This document shows positions 1 to 10,300 of a stretch of 64,000 nt of DNA, one piece after another. The translations under genes and the position numbers were made by a program. Each line of letters opens with the position of its first letter. Within the stretch, counting starts at the first letter, position 1. The stretch lies in assembly GCA_964188305.1 (NCBI GenBank), contig OZ076901.1, one strand, 5' to 3'. Below the pieces are notes generated by a model that saw only the letters and a list, made by a program, of their open reading frames with translations, searched no databases and had not been told where the DNA came from. Source of the DNA: Podarcis bocagei. Its lineage: Eukaryota.

Positions 1-576
1 CCTGAGCCAGGTCACAGGCTCACCCTATTCATACACAGATATACCCTTAAGACAGGTTTTGTGAATGAAAAGACAATGGGGAGGCTTTTCCATTTTCCTT
101 TGACCTTGCAGAGCAAACATTTGGTCAGTCTGGGAGCCAAAATGGTTCCAGGGCTGTTTTCCTGTGCTGCTTCAGACATGTGGTTTATATATTTTTGTAC
201 ATGTTTGCTTGGTACATTTATGAACATTTATTATATATATAAGACCTTATTTTTTTATTTCAGCTCCATGTCAGGAGAGCTGTAGTAGGCAAGCCTTTGC
301 TGCACCACCACCACCCGCCCTTTACGCTTCTGCACTTCCTGGCAGGGCTTGTGTGTCGCAGACACTTCAAGCTGCTCCGAGGATGTTGCAGTGGAAACTT
401 TGAGTGTCTTCAGTCTCTCTTTGCTGAAAGACTTGCCAAGACTCCTACTCAGCGATTCCAGGACACCCCAAAAGCAGACCTTCCCTTTCCCTTTACAGGA
501 GTAAACAAGGTGGCACGAATTGGATGGGAGAAGTCTAATTCAGCAAGAGCCAGGAGATAGCTGGAAACGGAGAAGG

Positions 577-3500
577 ATGCACCTGGGAGTCTGTCTCGCA
601 GCCTTGGGTCTTGTCCTCCCTTTGTGTAAGTATACCTGGCTTGTTGTGGTGGGAGGGCTGGATTGGATGGGAGGACATCAGAAGGACACACATCACCTTG
701 CTGGGTCAAAAGGGCCCTCCAAGGTCCATCTAGGCCTCGGTTGGCCACCAAAGGCAACCTGGAAGCCCACAAACTGGGCACGAAGGCAATGCCCTCCTCT
801 GCTACCATGGTGGCCCATTTGGGTTACATCAGAGCAGCCAATCCAAGAGTTTGCCCCTCGCTGATGATGCTGAAACAGGCTCTCCGAACACCGCAGGAAA
901 CTCCCAGACCATTGCTGTGGTGCAGTGGATCAGTGCATCTGGCTATCAACCAGAACATTGGTGGTTCGAGCCCACCCAAGAATGGCTGTGGGCAGGATTC
1001 CTGCATTGCAGAGGGTTGAACTAGATGACTGTAGGGGTCCCATCCTGCTCTACAGTTCTATGATTGCATGCAACCAGGGGGCTGTAGGGACAGGCAGGTA
1101 ACCTGGAACTCATTTAAAGTGAGGGTTTGGTAGCACCTCTGCAGATGCTGCAGGAGCCATTGTGCCAAAGGGCCTTAAAGAATGGTCCTTGCTAAAATTC
1201 CACCCAGGAAGCACTTTTAAGGGGCTGAGCAGGAGGATCACAGGTTTGGGGATGACATCCTCTCCTCCTCCATGCTTCAGCCAGCTCTGTTGAGGGAGAG
1301 ATGATTGGGGCACTAGGGAGGGGCCCTCGTAGACGGTGCCAGGGCTGTCTGCAGGCGGCTTCCAAGTGTTTCTAGCCATAGGTGGTTTGGGGCACTGGGG
1401 CTTAAAATATGCCAGGAAAAGGACACAGGCACTGGGTGAACTGGGAAATGTCCCCACCCCCATCAAGCTCAAGAGCATGTTTACATGGATCAGGCTATCC
1501 CTGGGCAGGTGAGCCCCTCAGTCCTTTGAAAATCAACCCAGCAGTAGCAGCAGAGCTGGATTCCTCACAGCTTCCTTGCAGACACTAATCCTGGGGATCT
1601 TAACTTCCACATTTCTCTTGCATAGCTTGCCCCACATCTTGGCCCTGCTGCAGATTGGGGCTAGTCCCCCGCCCACATACCTAACACAGACCCCACCCTC
1701 CAAGTACTTGTCCCTATTTTCCAGGGACAGGCCCAGATTTACAGAAGCCATTCCAGTTTCTGATTTGATCCCGGAATGTCCAGCTTTCCCCTTAAAGGTA
1801 AAGGTAAAGGGACCCCTGTGAAGTCCAGTCGCGGACAACTCTGCGGTTGCAGCGCTCATCTCGCTTTACTGGCCGCGGGAGCCAGCGTACAGCTTCCGGG
1901 TCATGTGGCCAGCATGACTAAGCCGCTTCTGGCAAACCAGAGAAGCACACGGAAATGCCGTTTACCTTCCCGCTGGAGCGGTACCTATTTATCTACTTGC
2001 ACTTTGACGTGCTTTTGAACTGCTAGGTTGGCAGGAGCAGGGACTGAGCAACGGGAGCTCACCCCGTTGTGGGGATTCAAACCGCCAACCTTCTGATCGG
2101 CAAGCCCTAGGCTCTGTGGTTTAGACCACAGCGTCACCCGTGACGCCCCTATTTTTATTGGAGAAATGTTGGAGGGTATGGAGTTATGCGACCAGCAAGC
2201 CAAGGAGATACATAATTATACAACCTTTAGAAGACATGTGAAGGTAGCCCTGTATAGGGAAGGGTTTTTTTAAAAAAGGTTTAATGTTTTATTATGTTTG
2301 ATATATGTTGGAAGCTGCCCAGAGTGGCTAGTGCAACCCAGTCAAATGGGCAGGGTAGAGATAATAACAATAATAGAATAGATGTCCCTTTTTTCACTGG
2401 AGAAATGTTGGAAGGTATGCTAACTAGAGGGGAGGGGGCATTGTGCTTGTTTCCATAATTTATATCCCGCAGCTTCAAGATAATTTCTGCTGCTAAATGT
2501 TCTAATTCAAAACTATATGAAACAAAACATCTTAACTGATGTTCCTGACTAAAACAGCTGTGGTCGGTTCAAATAAAAGCTCCTCTGATTTAAAAGCATG
2601 AGTCTTAGCATCTCTTAAATGCCCTGGTAGAGAGAGAACTGTCACAGATGGGAGAAGCTGTTGTTACTTTCCCCTCAGCTCTGCTCCCCCACTACGTTCC
2701 ACATGGAGAGCTCCCCCCCCCCCCACTGCCCTTGGCATGAGAGGTCCTGAAACAGAGAGAACCAAAGGTTTCTAAAGGCCTTGGACAAGGCTTTTCTGAG
2801 GGGCTGGTGAATGAAATCAGAGCTCTTTCTCAGCCAGAGGCACCAAGGAAAGGGCAGAGTGGAGACCCTTTTGCCCTAGCCTTGTGGTCACCTGTCTTTT
2901 CTTCTGTTCTCTAGCCTCATCTTCTGAATCGCACAAAGTGGGCATCTCTGGGCGCCGCGTGACTGTCACCTGCCCTCTAGAAAATGCCAATTGGAAACTG
3001 GTCAATAAAAAGAATGGAAATTATAATGTCACCGAAGAAAATGAAATCTTGACCATTGAAGCCATGAACAACATGGAAGTGGTCAAGGGTGACTTCACCT
3101 GTCAGAATGGCACGGCATCCCGCAAGATTTATCTGCAAATCAAAGGTCAGTGCTCAAGGTTGAGGTTCTGGTGCTAGAAATCCTCTGCGTTCTTCAGGCA
3201 AGAGCTACTGTGAGGGTTGACTATGCTCCAACCCCAGTATGCCTCTGAATAATACCAGTCAGTGGAATCGAAAGGGGGGGCGGAGAGAAGAGTGCCGTCC
3301 CGCTCTTCTCCTGCTTGCAGGCTTTGTTTTGGGGCATCTCATTGGCTGCTGTGACACTGGGCCAGCTGGGCCACCTTTGGCTTGACCCAGCTGCAGGGCT
3401 CCTCTGATGTGGGAGCTGGAGGGATCCAAGGGAGATGGAAAGAGCTTCTTCTCCTCCTGTGCCAGAAGCCAAGTCTGGGGTATCCATTCCCTGACCTTGC

Positions 3501-5029
3501 AAACAAAGCCTGCCCGGCCCTAGCAGACTCAGATAAAACTGGAGGAGACAGCCGCCCCACCCCAGTGAGATCTTTCTCCAGAGCCAGATTGTTCCAGAAC
3601 ATCCCAATACATTTTGCTGTCTGCAGTGAAGGACAAGACAAATCCCACCCACCCCCTTGTATGTGTAGGAGCATCTACAGGCTGGAGGGCAGCTCTGTGC
3701 AGAGGCTCCTCTGCTGGACTCCGGCGCACAAGAGAGCTTCCTCGCATGATGGCTCAGCACTACCAGGCTGCCCAATCCACCAGGGGATGCAACATTTTAC
3801 CCACCAGGTGCCAGCAACCTATGCTATGCCACTGGCTCTGTGCACCAACCCCTTCCTTGCCCCATGCTGCCTAATTGTAGGGCTGCCCCAGTTTCCATGG
3901 CTTGACTCTCTTGCTCTCCTGGGCAGCCTGTGATGACTGCGTGGACCTGAGCATCGGGCTGGTGGCCGGCATCGTCGTTGCTGACCTGCTCATTACCCTG
4001 GGGATCATGTTCCTGGTCTACTACTGCAGCAGCAAGAAGCCTGCCACCAGCTTTGGTGGGGGGGCCGCAGGGGGAGGCGCCCGCGGACGGACACGAGGTG
4101 AGTACTCTTGTGGTACACCTGGACTCTCCACAGGGGTGACTTCAGCTTCCTCCGTTGTCCCACAGAGAAAATTGGAAGTCATCTAAGCTGGGGTTGGATT
4201 GGTAAATGAATGCCAAGCATATACGGCTCCCATCTGGAGCTGGAGGTGGGGAGGGTTGCAGATCTGGTGCCAAGGGTGGGTTCTGGTACGTCCACAGCTT
4301 AAGAATTTGGGAGACCTGAAGGCTCCTCTGGGTGTTGCTGGGATGGGATCAGCTGGTTCAGGGCTTGCTTCAAGGGGTGAACTGGAGGAGAAACCAGCTG
4401 GTTGGCTGGCTAGACCCTAGCAGGGATCCTGATTGGCCCAGCCCAGAGGTCATAGCAGCAGCAGTTGCTCTGGGGTGGGGTGGGGGGACTTTACAGCCCC
4501 ATCATTCTGACACAAAGTATTTCAGCTAAAGCACCCAGGAGTTCCTTATATGTGCGGACAGGGGCTGATGCCCCACGCTTAACCACCCTGCAATAACCAC
4601 CTCCAATTCTTGGCTGTGCTAACAAATACCCACTTTGCATTGTCTTCCAGGCCAAAAGGTGGACCGCCCCCCACCTGTCCCAAACCCAGACTATGAGGTA
4701 AGCACAGCAGAGGGTGGCTGCCAGGGACCGGGAGGGAGAGTCTATGGAGGGCGGCCAAAGAACCTGATCACCATCGGCACTGGGAGGGCCAAGGGCTAGA
4801 CTGGGCACACCTGGCAGGAAGGCCCTGCAGCCCTCTGGGGGCAGCTGCTTGCTCACCTGAGGCAATCAGGCCCTGCTTGCTGGTGATCCCCATGGCCTCT
4901 CCAGGGGGAGACAGAAATGGCCCCATCACAGAAGGACCCTTGGTGAGTAACCTCTCCTCTTTATTCCAACAGCCCATCCGGAAAGGCCAGCGGGAGGTGT
5001 ATGCTGGGCTGGAGCCCAGGGCCTTCTGA
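577..5029 (+). CDS. CD3E: T-cell surface glycoprotein CD3 epsilon chain; coding exons 577-625, 2915-3145, 3927-4097, 4651-4697, 4973-5029 (about 184 aa; micro-exons may be missing)
   Basis: A 49-nt leader exon (MHLGVCLAALGLVLPL) ends at a gtaagt donor. The Ig exon reads VGISGRRVTVTCP...DFTC...IYLQIK. The stalk is CDDC and the TM segment GIVVADLLITLG keeps its Asp. The tail has the proline-rich RPPPVPNPDYEPI and the ITAM YEPI-x7-YAGL, with stop TGA at 5027-5029. All introns are GT-AG and the frame is continuous. Confidence 0.95.
912..1066 (+). mobile_element. tRNA-derived SINE (tRNA-Asn-like head + CR1-like tail)
   Basis: Head TGTGGTGCAGTGG...TTGGTGGTTCGAGCCCACCCA with A/B boxes, followed by the CR1-type 3' end GATTCCTGCATTGCAGAGGGTTGAACTAGATGA...TTCTATGATT. 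Confidence 0.65.
1692..2419. mobile_element. Composite non-autonomous DNA element containing a LINE 3' fragment and interrupted by a Sauria SINE
   Basis: Imperfect terminal inverted repeats CCCACCCTCCAA (1692) and TTGGAAGGTATG (2408-2419). The right-end motif GGAGAAATGTTGGAGGGTATG also occurs internally near 2160-2180. Confidence 0.5.
1794..2141 (-). mobile_element. Sauria SINE (near full length)
   Basis: (AAAGGT)n reversed tail, conserved core GGTCATGTGGCCAGCATGAC...GTACCTATTTATCTACTTGCAC, and a tRNA-like head at the right end. Homologous to the copies at 5969 and 37918. Confidence 0.9.
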
Positions 5030-5883
5030 GACATACCACAGTCTCTGGCCACGAAACCTCATTGTTGCTGACTGCTGGTGGCACCACCATCTCCCTTTGC
5101 CATGAGCAGCTTCCCTTGGTGGCTGATGGGTAGCCTCACACCCTCCCTGAGTCTCACAGCCTGGAAAACCATCCTCCTTCTCTGCAGCTTAGTCCACTCC
5201 CTTCAATGGGTCCACGTGTGCCTCCGATGGGGTCCTTCCCAGCTCCTCGATGGCCCAGTAGAAGAGCCTCCTTCTGGGTCAGATAAGCATCGTATCCAAG
5301 TCATGCCTGGAGCAACTTCAGCCCTGCACTGCAGAGAGGGATGTCGGGCACGGAGACCTGGGACAAGTCACAGGGACTGGGAAGGGTGCTATGGGCTTAG
5401 GGTCATAGGCCCACCTGGGCTTGCACTGTGAATGGTGTTCCAACCCTAAGCCAGCTCAGATTCTCCCAATTCCTCTTCTCCAGCCACACACCTGGGCAGG
5501 AGCTGGTTGCTGGGTTATGCAGGTGGGGGGAGAAATGCTGGGCAGAGAGTCTTGTCCCATTTCTGGAACCTTAACTATGGGGGCTGATAGAAGTCAAGCC
5601 CTGTTCTAAGGCATCTCCCCTTTGTTCATTCATCAGTCCTGGGCCTTCTCCACCACATCAGCCCACCTTTAAGCCCCTCTGTGGTTTGGTCCCCACCCCA
5701 CCCCAAAAAGTGCTCCTGTGACCCAGGGAAAATGGTCGGTCCTGATTAAATAATCTCAGCTGACTTCTCGGCTGCCCTTCTCTCACCCAGCCATGCTGTG
5801 TTTGGGCACCACAGCAGATGCGCTGACCTCTTGGGGGACAGAATTGTATGTATTTTGTTGTGGTTGTGTTTGCAAGGAATTCT

Positions 5884-5889
5884 AATAAA
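5884..5889 (+). terminator. Probable CD3E polyadenylation signal AATAAA
   Basis: First AATAAA I found after the CD3E stop, about 850 nt downstream and preceded by a U-rich tract. Confidence 0.6.
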
Positions 5890-5968
5890 GTGCCTTCCAG
5901 GCCAGCGTGCTGCATCACACTGGCTCTCTTTGCACGTCATTCTTTAATGGGTCGGTATGTTCTTTGCT

Positions 5969-6277
5969 AAGGGGGATCAAAAGGTCGGCGGTGCGAATCC
6001 CCACAATGGGGTGAGTTCCCATTGCTCGGTCCCTGCTCCTGCCAACCTAGCAGTTTGAAAGCACATCAAAGTGCAAGTAGATAAATAGGTACCGCTCCGG
6101 CTGGAAGGTAAACGGCGTTTCCGTGCGCTGCTCTGGTTTGCCAGAAGTGGCTTAGTCATGCTGGCCACAGGACCCGGAAGCTGTACGCCGGCTCGCTTGG
6201 CCAATAAAGCAAGATGAGGCGGCAACCACAGAGTCGTCCTCGACTGGACCTAATGGTCAGAGGTCCCTTTACCTTTT
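5969..6277 (+). mobile_element. Sauria SINE, 5'-truncated, with 13-bp TSD
   Basis: Same core as above, ending CCCTTTACCTTT. Flanked by TATGTTCTTTGCT at 5956-5968 and 6278-6290. Confidence 0.9.
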
Positions 6278-6609
6278 TATGTTCTTTGCTGGGAACTCCT
6301 GATGACTTTGTAACTAATAGGGGACTCAAGAAAATTTACGGATGTAGCATAATGGGAAAAGGCAGGGCAGAAAAGGCAGGGATTACTGGTTATGCCCAGG
6401 GTGGGAAGACTTTAAAGCTGTCAGGAAGACAGGTGAGGAAGATACGCTAGTCAGAGCGGCGGCAGCAGAAGGCAGGACTGCATTAACGCCATGGGCCAGA
6501 TACTCTGGCTGAGTAGCCCCTCAGCACCCTCTCGGGAGCGCCTCAATTCTCTCTGCTGCCCAGGGACTGCTTGATGGGGAAGGGCAAGTAGCAAACACTC
6601 ATTCCCTCG

Positions 6610-6805
6610 CCCCAAAGGAAGTGGCAGTTGCGGGAAGAGCTGTGGTCCCACGTAAGAGTGCTCAGCACTCAGCTACTATGGCACTTGTTCCGCAGGATGT
6701 GGTCAAGGCAAGCGCAGCTGCGTTTTCAAGAAAGGCGAAAAACAGCTCCCACGTGCAAAAGGCATGTGAGTCAACGTCCAATGTGTGTCTGCGCCTTTGT
6801 GCAAG
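6610..6805. promoter_or_regulatory. Candidate T-cell enhancer between the convergent CD3 genes
   Basis: AGGAAGT (6616), CAGTTG (6625), TGTGGT (6641), ETS:RUNX composite GCAGGATGTGGT (6692-6703), CAGCTG (6715), CACGTG (6750), TGAGTCA (6767) and CCTTTGT (6794), all within about 190 bp. Confidence 0.5.
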
Positions 6806-6985
6806 TTGTTGACTTCATGTGGAGCTTAAACTCTCAGAGCAAACTACCGATCTTCCTTCAAAACACATTCAGCCACACACCACTCGAAAGACTGCAATTT
6901 GTTTTCAGTAAAATAAGTAATTTAGAAAGGTATCCGCCGCAGACAGTTGAGATGCAGTTTCGTTGGAAACTAGAGCTGCATTTCC

Positions 6986-6991
6986 TTTATT
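6986..6991 (-). terminator. Probable CD3 gamma/delta polyadenylation signal (AATAAA on - strand)
   Basis: TTTATT on the + strand, about 350 nt downstream of the - strand stop codon. Confidence 0.55.
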
Positions 6992-7343
6992 ATTATTGAT
7001 TTCATTCTACTGATGCATTGCTTGCTATAAAACAGCTGAGAGCGAACAGACCATGTTCAAAGTGGATCGCTGCAGAAACAACAAAAGCCCTTTTGGCTTT
7101 CTTAGTTATTGGAGCCCCTTCAAATCAGAGGGGAAAGTTGTGGGGAAGGAAGAACAAAGGGATACCAGCTCAATAGTAGGGACAGGAGTTACATTTTGAA
7201 ATGAAAGCACAGCAAGAGTCAGACTATTTCTACACCCTTAACTCTAGCTTGAAGCAACCTTCCCTTTTGAGCTCCCCATGGCCAAAGCCATCAGCAATTC
7301 ACTCTTCGCTGCCACATCAGAGGAAGAACACTTTGTCCCCTTC

Positions 7344-10300
7344 TCACCGGTGGCGGGTCTTGGCCACTCCGATGTGGCTGTACTGCCCATTGTTGCGTTC
7401 TCCGAGAGGCTGGAGGGGAAGAGAGGCCTGCAGTTAGAACAGGGGTCTGTACTTTTCTTAACCTGCCCTAGGAACTTGCAGGTTGACTGAGGAGGATTTG
7501 GGCAAGACTGGTCTGGTGCATGGGACTGCTAGTGGACCGCGTCTGCATTGAAAGCCCCCCCACCCCCGGCTGCACTTGACCCATCCTGGCGCCACTGGAG
7601 ATGGGGTTCCCGTTAGCTATCTGGAGGCTGCAGGGATTTCCAGGGGGGCAGCTGGGTTAGTCTGCTGCAGCAAAACCAGCAAAGGCTGGATCCATTTCAG
7701 CTGCCCAGCCTGGAGTCCCTTGCCCTTTGTTTATTCATTTTTTTATGGCAAGAGGTTGCGTGGTGTCATGACCTGCCCGTGACAGATCAGAGTTTTCCCA
7801 ATATTTCTTCCATCTCACAAAAAATCTGACAGTTTGTTGAACCGGCAGCACAATCACTTCTTTTTTAGCACCTTACTACTGCCTGCCTTTTCATGGCACG
7901 TTAAAGATTTAGCAGGTTTACTAGAGCAGACGCTCTAGATTCACTTTCTCTGTCTACTTGTTTTTTAAAAAAGACCAGAAAATCCAGCAGCTATCCCAAT
8001 GAACTCCCAGAGTAGAAACAAACATGCACAGACCTTACAGCAGGCTCTGTATGAAAGAGTTGCTGCAAGGGCTGCTCACCCTGTAGTCCCCTGACCACTT
8101 GAAATGTCTCAATGCTGGGCTAACCTGGTTCTGACCTAGCCTGTCCCTTTAAGAGTACCCAGTTTTTCTAGACCAGGAGCTGGGAATCTCACCCCTCCCC
8201 TGCCTTTGCTGAACTACAACTCCCATCAGCCCCAGCAAGCCTGGCTAGCGGACAGGGATGGTGGGAGTTTTAGTTCAGCCCTATTAGAGTACCAAAGGTT
8301 CCCCACAGCTGCTCTGATCCTCTGTCATGTTAACTGGGGAGCCTGCACCCCACCCCACCCTAGTCTCCCCTCCAATGCACAAGCAGAGGGAAGTTGGGCA
8401 ACTCCTGCAGTGATGAAGTCATGAAAGCCCAGTCTACCCACTTCCAAAAGGTGGCACTATGCTTCTCTTCCTATCAGCTAACCAGAGCCAGCCATCAATC
8501 AGAACCCACCTGAACCAAGAGCTCTTAAAAACAGAACATTGCCAACATTCCTTTTCCCCTCATGATCTTTCAGACCACGCAGGATGATGCCACGTTACTG
8601 CTGAATAGTGTGGAAACTTGCTTGTAAGCTGAAGAACGTCAATAGACTTGAAATGCTTATTTTCGTAAGCCTCATTCAAAATAAACTCTCTTAAAATTGT
8701 GCCACTGGAGTTTGATGTCCGTTTGCAACTGCTCACTCCGGGGGCGAACTTTGGTAATATGGTGCCCTGAGCAAGGACAAAATTTGGCGCCCCCCCCCAT
8801 CTTATTTTCCCAACAATTTATTTTGGTGCAGCTGATTTTTCGTGAATCTTCTTAGTACAGTGGTACCTCAGGTTACATATTCTTCAGGTTACATACACTT
8901 CAGGTTACACACTCTGCTAACCCAGAAATAGTGCTTCAGGTTAAGAACTTTGCTTCAGGGTGAGAACAGAAATTGGGCTCCGGCAGCACAGCGGCAGCAG
9001 GAGGCCCCATTAGCTAAAGTGGTGCTTCAGGTTAAGAACAGTTTCAGGTTAAGAACGGACCTCCGGAATGAATTAAGTACTTAACCCGAGGTACCACTGT
9101 AGTTACCTATATAAATATAGGTATTAACAACAACACTATCATGCGCCCCCTTGACTCAGTGCCACCACCCTAAATCTAGTGCTGCTTAGTCATGGGAGAG
9201 ATTGTGTGCCTAGACCAGTGTTTCCCAACCTTTTTTGGGCAAAGGCACACTTGTTTGATGAAAAAAATCTCGAGGCACACCACCATTACAGCCCCGTGAC
9301 GTCAGCGCGCAGCGTCACGCCGGGAGGGACGCACGAAAGTGTAAGTTTCAATTTTTTCCCCTCCCCCTTGCCGGGGAACCTCCAAGCTTTGGGGGTGGGG
9401 GGGGGAGGAGGCAGCAAAGCGAGGCAGGAAGGAGAGCGCGGCTTGGCTGGGTGAGCTTTGGCATGGGCAGGGAATGAGAGCCGCGAGGCGGGCGCTGCGG
9501 ACGGAGGCGCTGCCCGCCGAGCTCGCAGGCAGCCAGGCAGGCAGACCGCGAGAGCCCCGCGCTGGGCGGCCTCTCCTCGCCGCCGCCCCGCCTCTCGCCG
9601 CCCGACTCGCCCGCCTCCCTCCAGGCAACATCTCGCGGCACACCAGGCAACATCTCGCGGCACACTAGTGTGCCGCGGAACAGTGGTTGGGAAACACTGG
9701 CCTAGACCTCTTGGATTCAGCCTACGCATTTGTGTCCGAGGAGGCTGCTATCTAGGGAAGAAAAGAAAGCTGCTGTTTCCTGTTGAAGGATAGGTGTAGG
9801 CTGAGTGCTTCTTCCACTTAAGAATGGAGGCTTAAGAATGGCCTTTGACTCCAAGCCAGAGAGGAAAGGGCTGGGAGCACCAACACACCTCATATTTGGA
9901 AACAGCTGCAGCTTCTGTTTCAAGAGTTAAGGACTCTCCCTGCTTCCTGCTACAAGCCCCACATCACAGCAAACTTCAGTTGTCCAGAAAGAACTGCAGG
10001 TGTTCTCATCATCCATTTATTCTTCCTTTAATATATTTTTTTTTCAAATGAAGTTGCTTTGGGGATTTTCTGCCACCACAGTCTCTTCATTTTACCCCAT
10101 TGGGAGGCTAATCTCTGGCCACGAGGGCTAGAAACTAGCTTTTTAAAAAAACACACAGACAGAATCATGATTCCCAGGAGAATATATTGCCTCTGCAAAG
10201 CAGCACCCTAGGCTGAGGCAGAAGAAGCTTTGCAGAAGTCAAGGAATTCTTGGATGCCCCTCATTTCACAGCTTGGGAGGAGCTGTCCAGGAAAACACCA

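Noticed and set aside
264-289. Possible extra 5' UTR exon of CD3E (strong acceptor at 263, GC-type donor)
   Set aside because: The donor is non-canonical and cannot be supported without transcript data.
912-985. tRNA-like sequences (also 12885-12942, 21225-21270, 40865-40925)
   Set aside because: The stems are degenerate and, where a downstream body is visible, they run into SINE sequence. These are SINE heads, not functional tRNA genes.
3221-3933. 183-184 aa ORFs on both strands in the CD3E intron
   Set aside because: No recognisable homology or exon boundaries. CD3E splices cleanly from 3145 to 3927.
9179-9793. Cluster of ORFs here and at 52715-53243
   Set aside because: They lie inside GC-rich non-autonomous hAT elements and show no transposase motifs.
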